Positions 19,006 through 28,481 of a stretch of 64,000 nucleotides of DNA are shown one piece after another. The notes under the pieces were generated by a model that made no database searches, had not been told where the DNA came from, and saw only the letters and a program-made list of their open reading frames with translations. Source of the DNA: Candidatus Latescibacterota bacterium (GTDB taxonomy: Bacteria > Latescibacterota > UBA2968 > UBA8231); assembly GCA_965217585.1 (NCBI GenBank), contig OZ244561.1:1792001-1856000 (forward strand). Reading direction: 5' to 3'. Both the position numbers and the translations under genes were made by a program. The number at the start of each line of letters is the position of its first letter. Within the stretch, counting starts at the first letter, position 1.

Positions 19006-22000
19006 TTACCTGAGCAGCAGCATCTTCTTGACTTCGTGGAACTCTCCGCCCGCCTCCAAGCGATAGAAATACATCCCCGAAGACAAGCTGTGTCCGCTGT
19101 CGTCGGTCGCATCCCACTCCACCGCGTAGCGACCCGCGCTCTGGTACTCGGCAACCAGCGTCCGCACCGCTTGGCCGACTACGTTATACACGGTCAACTC
19201 CACGTCCGCCGCCTGCGGCAGCGCATACTTGATCGTCGTCGTTGGATTGAACGGGTTCGGGAAATTGTCCGCCAAGGCGAACGCTTCCGGCCGCGTTTGA
19301 ACTGCTGCCTTCGCCGCCTCCGCCGCTCCCGATTCACTTATCGTGATCTCTACCTTGTCCCCTTCCAGCCCGTCAATCGTACCGACCAGCCTGATGATCT
19401 CGTCGCCCTCCTCCAAGTTGTCGGCGGCTGGATCGACGTAAAAATTCATCGTCCCTGTTATTGAGCCGGCCGGAATATCAATCATAGGAGTAAATAGCGC
19501 GGCGTAGTCCAAATCGCGCGTCGCTGAGGACGCGTTATCAATGGCCAAATGCACGGTCGCGTCCTCTTCCAACGCCTTGCCGTCCAACGTGGCGGTCACC
19601 GTAATAGTGGTCAAATCGTCATTCTCACTCAACGTGCTCGGATCCGCCGACAGCTCGATGGACGTACTCGGCGTTTCGTCGTCTCTGATCTTGATGTCTG
19701 TCAATAGGGTCTCGCCAGTTGATATGAGCCTAGCCCGCACACCCAAAGCCTTCAAGCCCTCTTCATCATCGTCGTTGACGGGAGTGAGGGTCAGCGTCGT
19801 CGTCCCCTCGGTAGCTCCGGCCGGAATGATGATAAGCGCATTTAGTTTCGCCGTGTAGTCCACATCGCGCACCGCCGCCGTCCCCTCGCTTGGAGCCACG
19901 ATAGAAAACAGCACAATCTCGTTAGCCGCTGCGGCGGCAGTCAAGGTAATAGTCAGCGAGACTTCCGTCGCCTCAGCGTCTTCGCGGATCACCGCAGGCA
20001 CCACCGTCAACTCAGCGGCCGCAGCCCTAGGCGCAGGATTGACCGTGACGGAGAAGGTCAGCGTGGCCGTGGCACTGTTGTCGTCAGTCACTGTGTAGGT
20101 GACTTCAACCGCACCGTCGGTCGCTTCCGTAGGCGTGCCTCCAAGCGTCCGCGTGACCGCGTCGAGCTCCAAGCCCGTAGGCAAAGCCGAGACGCTATAC
20201 GTCAGCTCGCCGTCGCCGCCCGAAGCCTCCGGCAGCACCCAATCGACAATCGCCGTCCCAACCGTGTACGTCTGGTCGTTGATCGAAGCGCCTGCTGCGA
20301 AGACCGGCAGCGTCCCCTCCTCGGCGATTGTAATGGTGAAGGTCAGCGTGGCTGCGTCGTCGCCACTGTCAGTCACTGTGTAGGTGACTGCAGCCGCACC
20401 GTCGGTCGCTTCCGTAGGTGTACCCGCAAGCGTCCGCGTAGCCGCGTCAAACTCCAAGCCCGCCGGCAAGGCCGAAACGCTATACGTCAGCGGAGCGTCG
20501 CCGCCCGAAGCCTCCGGTAGCACCCAATCGGCAATCGCCCTCCCAACCACGTACGTCTGGGCGTCGATGGCAGCGTCCGCAGCAAAGGAAGGCGTACCGC
20601 CCTCGCCGGTGTCTTGCAGCGTTATATCTACAGTGCCGACCGTCAGCTTGACATTGTCTCCGTCAGCATACTGGGCGGTGATTTGGTTGTTGGCGTACGG
20701 CACGGTCACCCTGATTGTCTCGTCGGCCTCCACGCTCTTGTCGTCAACAGGGGTGATAGTGATCGTCGTCGTCCCCGACACCGAGCCGGCCGGAATCGTC
20801 AGACGACGCATTCTTGCCGTATAGTCTATATCGCGCGTCGCCTCAACAACATCCACGACATTGCCGTCAGCGTCCGTATCCTTGGGATCGGAGTCAACGG
20901 TCAAGATCAGGACCACGTCATCGTCGAATACCTTCCCGTCCAACGTTCCGGTCACCGCAATATCGGTCGCACTGGCACCTTCGCTTATCGTGGCCGGATC
21001 CGCCGTCAGTGAGATGTTCATGCTATTCGCGTCGTCGTCGGCGATCACTATCGTTTTAGTCGCCAATACGGCACCGACTGTAACCTGTATATATATCGCC
21101 CCTCGCTGAGCCACAGCAGTGTCGTTCGTGGGGGTGATGGTGAATGTCGTCGTCCCCTCGGTAGCACCGGCCGGAATGATGAACGGCGAACCAAAGACCA
21201 GCGTGTAGTGCACATCGCGTGTCGGAGTGCCCGTCACAGTATCACCAGACGGCAAAACAGCGCCGTTTGGCAAAACAGCGAGCCTCACCGTCTTGTCCTC
21301 AACCAAGGCCTCCGTCAAGGAGACTGTCAGCTCGATCGTCGTCTCACCGGCGTCCTCGCGAATACTCTCTTGACTAAGCGTAATGGCATCGGCCGTGGCA
21401 GCGATTTCCTTCTTTATTTTTATATCTACGGAGCTGAGCGTTAGCCCATCATCTTCAATCTGTATTCCCGGGGCGTCCGCGTCCGTATCATTATCAAGAG
21501 ACTGCACCCGGATCGTGCCAGGCAACCGGTTTTGGGGGGTGATGGTAATCGTCGCCGTCCCCGACACCGAATTGCTCGGAATCGTGAGCGTCGTCAGTGT
21601 CACCGTGTAGTCCAAGTCGCGCTGCGCCTCGCGATTATCCTTCGTCGCATCGGCATCGTCCATATCGCCATCACTATCGGTATCGGTGTTGGGATCATCC
21701 GTCAAGTCGGGATGATCGCCAATGGTCAAGGCGAAGCTCGTCGCCTCGTCTAGAACCTTTCCATCCAAGGTTGCCGTCACTGTGATTTCGGTCGCACCAT
21801 CGAACCGGTTTAGCTCGACAATATCCGCCGACAGGTTGATGTTTTGGCTCTCCTTGTCGTCGTCAATCAGCGTAATCGTCGCCGATTCAACCGTCTTACG
21901 GCCAGCATTGCCGCTGATCACAATGGGAATATCTTCGTCGACGACATCATCATTGATGGGGATGAGGGAGAGGGTCCCCGTTGCCTTTTTCTCGCCAGCC

Positions 22001-23019
22001 AGAATCCTGAGAACGGTCAGCCTTATGTAGAAGCGACTATTAAGCCCCTCATGGGAGACGCCCAAGAGCACATACGTATCCGCCTCCAACGCTGTATCAT
22101 CAGTAACTTCGACGGTCACCTCGATTTCGGTCTCACCGGCATCCTCGCGTACACTCGCAGGATTCACCGACAGTTCCAAGTCCGCCTGCACCGTTGCCTC
22201 GGCGCTGCTCTCCGTTACCTCGTCGGAACTCTCCGTTACCAAGTCCGCCTGCACCGTTGCCTCGGTGCTACTCTCCGTTACCGCTGGCGGCTCCGGTGCC
22301 CATTCGGATAAGATTTCCGATCTTGCCGATCTTACCTGCACTTCATAAATCGCATTGCTGTTCAAGCCGATAACCTCGTAAGGCACAGTAGAGCCGGCAC
22401 CGTCCGCATATGTTATTTCGTTATTATTTTCATCTCTTATTCTTCGTTCTGCTACGACAGGCTTCCAATCCGTAGTCCCCTGCTCCCTGTATTTCACCCG
22501 GTAGGTGTTTTGATCTTGGTTGGTTCCCGTTTGTTCCCAAGTCACGGAAAGCACTCCGTTTACAAGTGTCGCCACCACGTTGGTGGGCGCTACGGGCGGT
22601 CCGGGCACAATCACCGCCAGCCCGCTCGACAGGGCCCGGCCGTCCGCCGTGCATACCGAGCTTGCCGACTCGCAATCCGCAGACGGCGGCAGGGTGATGG
22701 ACACATCCGCGTCCGCCTCCGGCTCGATGGTGATCTGCCAGCCCAAGTTGCTGCCCTGCACCAAGCGCCGCGCACTTTCCACCACGCCGCCGGTCACGTC
22801 GAGCACGTCGTCCCGCATGTTCACGTAGCTGATCTCGATTTCCTCACTGAAGTGAAGCTCGAATGTGAACTCGCTGCCGTCATGCGACGCCGGCAGCGCC
22901 TCAAAGCTCGCCGTCAGCGTCTGCGCCGCAGCCTCCCCGCTCCATCCCAACACCAAACCAGCGACCAACAGCCAAGGCACACGGGCCAATCGCTGCATCA
23001 ACAACTTTATATGTGTCAT
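19006..23019 (-). CDS. Large secreted surface protein: Ig-like + FN3 + Calx-beta-like repeats + 2 putative-Ig (He_PIG) repeats + FlgD/T9SS-type C-terminal sorting domain
   Basis: Signal peptide ending GEAAA; FN3 (PPVAPTNV...YRVKYRE...GLNSNAIYEVQVRS); repeated LSVxPxSxREDA...VT/ITLIDDD; LPEASGGD..LTYSV..LPAGLEFDAATRTL.GTPT; tail NFPNPFNPTTTIKY...SSGMYFYRL...KKMLLLR. Confidence 0.88.
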   Translation of the reverse strand: MTHIKLLMQRLARVPWLLVAGLVLGWSGEAAAQTLTASFEALPASHDGSEFTFELHFSEEIEISYVNMRDDVLDVTGGVVESARRLVQGSNLGWQITIEPEADADVSITLPPSADCESASSVCTADGRALSSGLAVIVPGPPVAPTNVVATLVNGVLSVTWEQTGTNQDQNTYRVKYREQGTTDWKPVVAERRIRDENNNEITYADGAGSTVPYEVIGLNSNAIYEVQVRSARSEILSEWAPEPPAVTESSTEATVQADLVTESSDEVTESSAEATVQADLELSVNPASVREDAGETEIEVTVEVTDDTALEADTYVLLGVSHEGLNSRFYIRLTVLRILAGEKKATGTLSLIPINDDVVDEDIPIVISGNAGRKTVESATITLIDDDKESQNINLSADIVELNRFDGATEITVTATLDGKVLDEATSFALTIGDHPDLTDDPNTDTDSDGDMDDADATKDNREAQRDLDYTVTLTTLTIPSNSVSGTATITITPQNRLPGTIRVQSLDNDTDADAPGIQIEDDGLTLSSVDIKIKKEIAATADAITLSQESIREDAGETTIELTVSLTEALVEDKTVRLAVLPNGAVLPSGDTVTGTPTRDVHYTLVFGSPFIIPAGATEGTTTFTITPTNDTAVAQRGAIYIQVTVGAVLATKTIVIADDDANSMNISLTADPATISEGASATDIAVTGTLDGKVFDDDVVLILTVDSDPKDTDADGNVVDVVEATRDIDYTARMRRLTIPAGSVSGTTTITITPVDDKSVEADETIRVTVPYANNQITAQYADGDNVKLTVGTVDITLQDTGEGGTPSFAADAAIDAQTYVVGRAIADWVLPEASGGDAPLTYSVSALPAGLEFDAATRTLAGTPTEATDGAAAVTYTVTDSGDDAATLTFTITIAEEGTLPVFAAGASINDQTYTVGTAIVDWVLPEASGGDGELTYSVSALPTGLELDAVTRTLGGTPTEATDGAVEVTYTVTDDNSATATLTFSVTVNPAPRAAAAELTVVPAVIREDAEATEVSLTITLTAAAAANEIVLFSIVAPSEGTAAVRDVDYTAKLNALIIIPAGATEGTTTLTLTPVNDDDEEGLKALGVRARLISTGETLLTDIKIRDDETPSTSIELSADPSTLSENDDLTTITVTATLDGKALEEDATVHLAIDNASSATRDLDYAALFTPMIDIPAGSITGTMNFYVDPAADNLEEGDEIIRLVGTIDGLEGDKVEITISESGAAEAAKAAVQTRPEAFALADNFPNPFNPTTTIKYALPQAADVELTVYNVVGQAVRTLVAEYQSAGRYAVEWDATDDSGHSLSSGMYFYRLEAGGEFHEVKKMLLLR
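22176..22282. repeat. Intragenic 63-bp tandem duplication (TESS.EATVQADL linker)
   Basis: CCAAGTCCGCCTGCACCGTTGCCTCGG(C/T)GCT(G/A)CTCTCCGTTACC occurs twice, 63 bp apart. Confidence 0.85.
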
Positions 23020-23147
23020 TACTCAACCTCCCCAGGATAACATCCCAGTTTAAGAGTGATTGCATATTGATATGAATGTAAGGAAATAGGGCCTCAAATT
23101 TCAATTTTAAGAGTGTAAGAGTAGTTGCCTGTTGATTTATAATAATA

Positions 23148-23185
23148 GAAATGGGGCCTCAAATTGAAATTCGAGGCCCCATTTC
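23148..23185 (-). terminator. Hairpin terminator downstream of 23209..28371
   Basis: GAAATGGGGCCTC-N12-GAGGCCCCATTTC perfect 13-bp stem with an AT-rich tail on the minus strand. Confidence 0.8.
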
Positions 23186-23208
23186 TTTAACGCGCTGTGC
23201 TGCGAGTG

Positions 23209-26200
23209 CTACTTCAGCAACAGCATCTTCTTGACTTCGTGGAACTCTTCTCCCGCCTGCAAGCGGTAGAAATACATCCCCGACGACAAGCTGCGCCCGC
23301 TGTCATCGGTCGCATCCCACTCCACCACGTAGCGACCCGCGCTCTGATGCTCGGCAACCAGCGTCCGAACCACCTGACCAACTACGTTATAGACGGCCAA
23401 CTCCACGTCCGCCGCCTGCGGCAACGCATACTTAATCGTCGTCGCCGGGTTGAACGGGTTCGGGAAGTTGTTCGCCAAGGAGAATGCGGCCGGCAGCGTC
23501 TGCAACGATAGCGACGCGCTCGCGCCATTGGCGTCCGTAACCGTATACGTATATACGAATTCGCCCTCCGCCCTCGGCGTACCCGCAATCGTCCGCGTGG
23601 TCGCGTCAAACGTCAGGCCCGCCGGCAGGGCCGGTGAGAGGCGGTACGTTAGCGGTGCGGTGCCACCTGTGCCCTCCGGCAGCGTGAGGCCCTCCACGCG
23701 TTGGCCAACGACGAATTCGCGGATTGCAGCCAAATCGTGCGAAGCCGTCGGAACGACCTTGCCGGACCCGAACAAGTCGCCAAAACTCAGCCCCGGGTTG
23801 ACCGTGATGGAGAAGGTCAAAAAGGTGGCGGCCCCGCCCTCGTCAGTCACTATGTAGGTGACTTCAACTGCATCGTCGGTCGCGGCCGAAGGCTTGCCCG
23901 AAAGCGTCCGTGTCGCCGCGTCAAACTCCAAGCCCGCTGGCAAACCCACGAGCCTGTACGTCAGGGCACCCGTGCCGCCCGAAGCCTCCGGCAGCACAAG
24001 AGCGTCAATCGGCGTACCAGCCGTGTACTCTTGGTTGTCGATCGCGGCGTTGTCGGCGAAGGCAAGGGACGAACTCAGCCCGACGTTGACCGTGATGGAG
24101 AAGGTCAACACCGCGGCGGCCCCGCCCTCGTCAGTCACTAGGTAGGTGACTTCGACCGCGCCGTCGGTCGCGGCCGAAGGCGTACCCGAAAGCGTCCGCG
24201 TAGCCGCGTCAAACTCCAAGCCCGCGGGCAGGGTGCTCAAGATGCTGTACGTCAGGGCACCTGTGCCGCCCGAAGCGGCCGGCAGCACGAGAGAATCAAT
24301 CGCCGTCCCAGCCGTGTACGTCTGGTCGGCAACCTCGGCAGCGGCGAAGCCAAAGGACGTACTCAGCCCGACGTTGACCGTGATGGAGAAGGTCAACAGG
24401 GCGACAGCCGAGGCTTCGTCTTCCACCGTGTAGAAGACTTCGCCTGCACCGTCGGTGGCCGCCGAAGGCGTGCCCGAAAGCGTCCGCGTAGCCGCATCAA
24501 ACACCAAACCCGCTGGCAAGCCCAATACCCGGTACGTCAGGGCACCCGTGCCGCCTGTAGCTTCTGGCAGCACGAGAGAATCAATCGCCGTCCCAGCCGT
24601 GTACGTCTGGTCGGCAACCTCGGCAGCGGCGAAGCCAAAGGACGACGAACTCAGTGCCGGATTGACCGTGATGGAGAAGGTCAACAGGTCGACAGCCGAG
24701 GCTTCGTCTTCCACCGTGTAGATGACGACGACCGCGCCGTCGGTGGCGGCCGTAGGCGTGCCCGAAAGCGTCCGCGTAGCCGCGTCAAACTCCAAGCCCG
24801 CGGGCAAAACACTCAAGACGCTGTACGTCCGGGTACCTGTGCCGCCCGAAGCAGCCGGCAGCACGAGAGCGTCAATCGCCGTCCCAGCCGTGTACGTCTG
24901 GTCGGCGACCGCGGCGTCGGCGGCGAAGGCAAGGGACGCATCCCCCGGCTCCTCCGGCTCCTCCACCATCGCTGCTTGGTCGGCCAGCGTGATTTCTACC
25001 TCGCCCCCCGTCAGACCTGCCATCAAACTGGTCAGCTTGATGGTCTCGCTGCCCTCCGCTACAGTGTCGTTGATTGGTTGGATCGTAAGCTGAGTGGACC
25101 CCTTTATCGAGCCGGCTGGGATCCGAATCAGCGGATTGAATTCCGCGGAGTAGTCCACATCGCGCGACGCTGTTGACGATGCATCAATGGACACGATCAC
25201 GATTGCGTCCTCTGCCAACGCTTTCCCGTCCAACGTGGCGGTCACCGTGATAGTAGTCTCAGCGATTTCCTCGTTTATCATGTTCGGACTCACCGACAGC
25301 GCGATGGACGTACTCGGCGTTTCGTCGTCGGCGATCTCGATGTCCGTCAATAGCGTCGCACCGGATGCGAACCTAGCCTCCACACCGAACGCTCTCAGGC
25401 CATCCACCGTGGAGTTGTTCATAGGAATGAGGGTGAGGGTCGTCTCCCCAACGGTAGTACCGGCCGGAATGGTGACGACCGCCCTCAGTTTCGCATCGTA
25501 GTCCGCATCGCGCACGGCTGGCTTGCCGTCCGTGCCCTCGCTTGGAGCTACAATCCTAAATGTTATTCTCTCATCCGTGTCTTTGGCAGCCATCAACGAC
25601 ACGGTCAACAAGACTTGCGTCTCCCCAGCGTCCTCGCGGATCGACGAAGGAGTCGCCGTTAGCTGACCGTCGGCAACCGGGGGCGGCACCTCAGCCGCGT
25701 TGACCGTGATAGAGAAGATCAACAAAGTGGCCTGCTTGTCGACGTCACTTACCGTGTAGAAGATGTTGACCGCGCCGTCGGTGGCGGCCGTAGGTGTGCC
25801 CGAAAGCGTCCGCGTAGCCGCGTCAAACTCCAAGCCCGCTGGCAGGCCCAAGGCGGCGTACGTAAGCGGCGCATCGCCGCCTGTAGCTTCTGGCAGCACG
25901 AGAGGATCAATCGCCGTCCCAGCCGTGTACACTTGGTCGGCGATCGCATCGTCGGCGGTGAAGGACGGGATCGCCGGATCCAGAGGCACTGACTCCTCCG
26001 GCTCCTCCTCAGCCTCGTCGACCGTGATGGAGAAGATCAACAAAGCTGCTTGCTTGTCGACGTCACTTACCGTGTAGAAGACGTTGACCGCGCCGTCGGT
26101 GGCGGCCGTAGGTGTGCCCGAAAGCGTCCGCGTGGCCGCGTCAAACTCCAAGCCCGCTGGCAGGCCCAAGGTGCCGTACGTAAGCGGCGCATCGCCACCC

Positions 26201-28371
26201 GTAGCTTCCGGCAGTACGAGAGGGTCAATCGCCGTCCCAACGGTGTACACTTGGTCGGCGATCGCATCGTCGGCGGTGAAGGCCGGGATCGTCGGATCCT
26301 GAGGCTCTGGCTGCGACGAATCCTCCTCGCCGGAATCTTTCAGTGTTATATCCACGGAATTGACCGTCAGCGTTTGGACATCCCCATCTTCATCTAGGGC
26401 TTCGGGAGGATGAGACTCCAGACTTATCAAGCGGATCTTCTCGTCGTTTTCCTTCCCGTCATTGGTAACGGGGGTGATGGTGATCGTCGTCGTCCCTGTT
26501 ATCGAGCCGGCCGGAATCCTCAGAGGGTTCATGTCGTCATCATAGTCTTGATCGCGCGCCGCCATTTCATCGTCGTCAGGGGCCGTGGCGGCAATGCTCA
26601 AGAACACAACCACCTCATCGTCGAACTCCTTCCCGTCCAAAGTGCCGGTCACCGTAATCTCAGTCTCACCCGCGTCCTCGCTTATCGTGTCCGGACTCAC
26701 TTCTAGCGAGATCTGCTCGCTCGTCGAATCGTCGTCGGTAATTAGGATTCCTGCTCTGTGTGAGTCGTCGCCAACCGTCGCAATCACCGTGAACGTCCGG
26801 TTATCATTTCGCTCGCTGTCGTTTTCGACCTCGACGACCATTGTCGTCGTCCCTTTTGTCTCGCCCTGCGAGATGAAGAGAGTCTCCACCGTCGCATCCC
26901 AATGCGTATCGCGTGTCGCATTCTCCACACGGTCGTCGAAAGCCTCACTTAGATTTTCTACATCGTCGACACCGGTCTCAAAATTGAACCGCACCCTCTC
27001 GTCTTTCGACACGGGGTTCCGCAAGGAAACTTCCAGCGTGACCTCCTTCACCCCAGCGTCCTCACGTATCGCGAAAGGCGTCGCTTTTAGCCCTATAATA
27101 TCCTTAGCAGGCAGGGCCGTTAGATGGATAAACGCACGATTAACCTTTATCATACGTCCATCAATTTCCGGGGGATGCTTAACAATCACCCCAATAAGGC
27201 CGTCTCCTTTGTTAAGGGGGCGGATGTTAATCGTCGTCCTTCCCGACACCTTGCCATCTCGAATAGTTATCGAGCCCATATTCGCTTTGTAATCAGTCTC
27301 GCGCTTCGCCGCGTCGTCGTTAGTCTCATACGCGTCATCAATATTCAAGGTAAAACGCAAGTCGTCGTCTAGCACCTCTCCATCCAAGGAGGCCGTCACT
27401 TCGATATCGGTTGCAGGCCCACTTTTGCTTAGATCATCAGGAGAGAACGCGAGATTGATATATCTGCTCACCTTGTCGTCGTCAATCAGAGTAATATCTG
27501 CACTACTGACGCTCTTACCAGAGACAAAACCCTCCATCGTGATAGGAAGATCGCCTTCTTCATCATCTTCATTATCAGTGGGGGTGAAGGTGATCGTCCC
27601 CACGGCCTCTTTCTCGCCCTTCAGAATCCTGAGAGTGCGGGAGTAGTCTATGGAAAAACGATCACTGAACCTCTTGGCGTATTGTGCCAGATCCAAGAGC
27701 ACATTTGTATCATTCTTGTCATCCACCTGGTCATCGCTGCCAACTCTGACTCTCACAGTGATAGTGACCGGATCGTCGATGTCCTCGCGTACGCTAGTAG
27801 GATGCACCGACAGCACATAGTCCGGCTTTAGCACTATCTGCTTAGCAAAATACGTGCTAGGATCAATAGAGCTACCATCCTCGTTACCTTCGGTCTTCAC
27901 CTCTATCCTTACCCAATATTCACCAGTATCAGTAGCATCGTCCTGCCCCCTATAATCAATATCATCACTGGTTAAGGTATAGGTAAAGGGGGCCGCCGTG
28001 ATATCAGAAGGACTGCTTTGGATTGGACTATTACTAACACCGGCAACAATATCGGCAGGATCAACAGGAATTCTACCTGAAAATAAACTCACTGCGTAGC
28101 CCGTGGCAGGCTGCCCATTATCCGCATCATCGAAGCCCCTCGTCCGAGACATACTCCAACTCACAATAATCTCATTGTTACTATGATCTTCTTCATCCAA
28201 CTTAGCCGTCAAAACCATCTTGGGATCGGTGGCATGAAGATGATTGGCACCGTAATAATGAGCGTCGTCGCCACCAGCCACAGCCTCCCCGTTCCACCCC
28301 ATCACCAATCCAACAGCTAACAGCCAAGGCACATAGGCCAATCGCCGCAGCAATAACTTTTTGCGTAGCAT
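23209..28371 (-). CDS. Giant secreted surface protein (1720 aa): unique N-terminal domain + Calx-beta-like repeats + 7 putative-Ig (He_PIG) repeats + FlgD/T9SS-type C-terminal sorting domain
   Basis: Leader RLAYVPWLLAVGLVMGWNGEAVA; repeated DQ.YT.GTAID.LVLP.A.GG...LPAGL.FDAATRTLSG.P.AATDG units; tail NFPNPFNPATTIKY...KKMLLLK. GGGGAGG RBS. Confidence 0.88.
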   Translation of the reverse strand: MLRKKLLLRRLAYVPWLLAVGLVMGWNGEAVAGGDDAHYYGANHLHATDPKMVLTAKLDEEDHSNNEIIVSWSMSRTRGFDDADNGQPATGYAVSLFSGRIPVDPADIVAGVSNSPIQSSPSDITAAPFTYTLTSDDIDYRGQDDATDTGEYWVRIEVKTEGNEDGSSIDPSTYFAKQIVLKPDYVLSVHPTSVREDIDDPVTITVRVRVGSDDQVDDKNDTNVLLDLAQYAKRFSDRFSIDYSRTLRILKGEKEAVGTITFTPTDNEDDEEGDLPITMEGFVSGKSVSSADITLIDDDKVSRYINLAFSPDDLSKSGPATDIEVTASLDGEVLDDDLRFTLNIDDAYETNDDAAKRETDYKANMGSITIRDGKVSGRTTINIRPLNKGDGLIGVIVKHPPEIDGRMIKVNRAFIHLTALPAKDIIGLKATPFAIREDAGVKEVTLEVSLRNPVSKDERVRFNFETGVDDVENLSEAFDDRVENATRDTHWDATVETLFISQGETKGTTTMVVEVENDSERNDNRTFTVIATVGDDSHRAGILITDDDSTSEQISLEVSPDTISEDAGETEITVTGTLDGKEFDDEVVVFLSIAATAPDDDEMAARDQDYDDDMNPLRIPAGSITGTTTITITPVTNDGKENDEKIRLISLESHPPEALDEDGDVQTLTVNSVDITLKDSGEEDSSQPEPQDPTIPAFTADDAIADQVYTVGTAIDPLVLPEATGGDAPLTYGTLGLPAGLEFDAATRTLSGTPTAATDGAVNVFYTVSDVDKQAALLIFSITVDEAEEEPEESVPLDPAIPSFTADDAIADQVYTAGTAIDPLVLPEATGGDAPLTYAALGLPAGLEFDAATRTLSGTPTAATDGAVNIFYTVSDVDKQATLLIFSITVNAAEVPPPVADGQLTATPSSIREDAGETQVLLTVSLMAAKDTDERITFRIVAPSEGTDGKPAVRDADYDAKLRAVVTIPAGTTVGETTLTLIPMNNSTVDGLRAFGVEARFASGATLLTDIEIADDETPSTSIALSVSPNMINEEIAETTITVTATLDGKALAEDAIVIVSIDASSTASRDVDYSAEFNPLIRIPAGSIKGSTQLTIQPINDTVAEGSETIKLTSLMAGLTGGEVEITLADQAAMVEEPEEPGDASLAFAADAAVADQTYTAGTAIDALVLPAASGGTGTRTYSVLSVLPAGLEFDAATRTLSGTPTAATDGAVVVIYTVEDEASAVDLLTFSITVNPALSSSSFGFAAAEVADQTYTAGTAIDSLVLPEATGGTGALTYRVLGLPAGLVFDAATRTLSGTPSAATDGAGEVFYTVEDEASAVALLTFSITVNVGLSTSFGFAAAEVADQTYTAGTAIDSLVLPAASGGTGALTYSILSTLPAGLEFDAATRTLSGTPSAATDGAVEVTYLVTDEGGAAAVLTFSITVNVGLSSSLAFADNAAIDNQEYTAGTPIDALVLPEASGGTGALTYRLVGLPAGLEFDAATRTLSGKPSAATDDAVEVTYIVTDEGGAATFLTFSITVNPGLSFGDLFGSGKVVPTASHDLAAIREFVVGQRVEGLTLPEGTGGTAPLTYRLSPALPAGLTFDATTRTIAGTPRAEGEFVYTYTVTDANGASASLSLQTLPAAFSLANNFPNPFNPATTIKYALPQAADVELAVYNVVGQVVRTLVAEHQSAGRYVVEWDATDDSGRSLSSGMYFYRLQAGEEFHEVKKMLLLK
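23770..24940. repeat. Four tandem ~290-bp He_PIG-coding repeats (two further near-identical copies at ~25700-26290)
   Basis: Recurring CCCGAAAGCGTCCG(C/T)GT.GCCGC(G/A)TCAAAC and TTGACCGTGATGGAGAAGGTCAA blocks. Confidence 0.85.
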
Positions 28372-28423
28372 TACTCTACCTCCCCAAGTTAAGAGTAATT
28401 ATCCACTTGATTCAAATATAGCA

Positions 28424-28457
28424 AATAGGGCCTCAAATTTCAATCTGAGGCCCTATT
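28424..28457 (-). terminator. Hairpin terminator downstream of 28482..31196
   Basis: AATAGGGCCTCA-N10-TGAGGCCCTATT perfect 12-bp stem. Confidence 0.8.
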
Positions 28458-28481
28458 CACTAACTCTCTGTGCAGTGAGGG

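Noticed and set aside
18953-28457. Hairpins after each surface gene as integron attC or invertase sites
   Set aside because: No RYYYAAC/GTTRRRY cores and no recombinase seen; they fit paralogous terminators.
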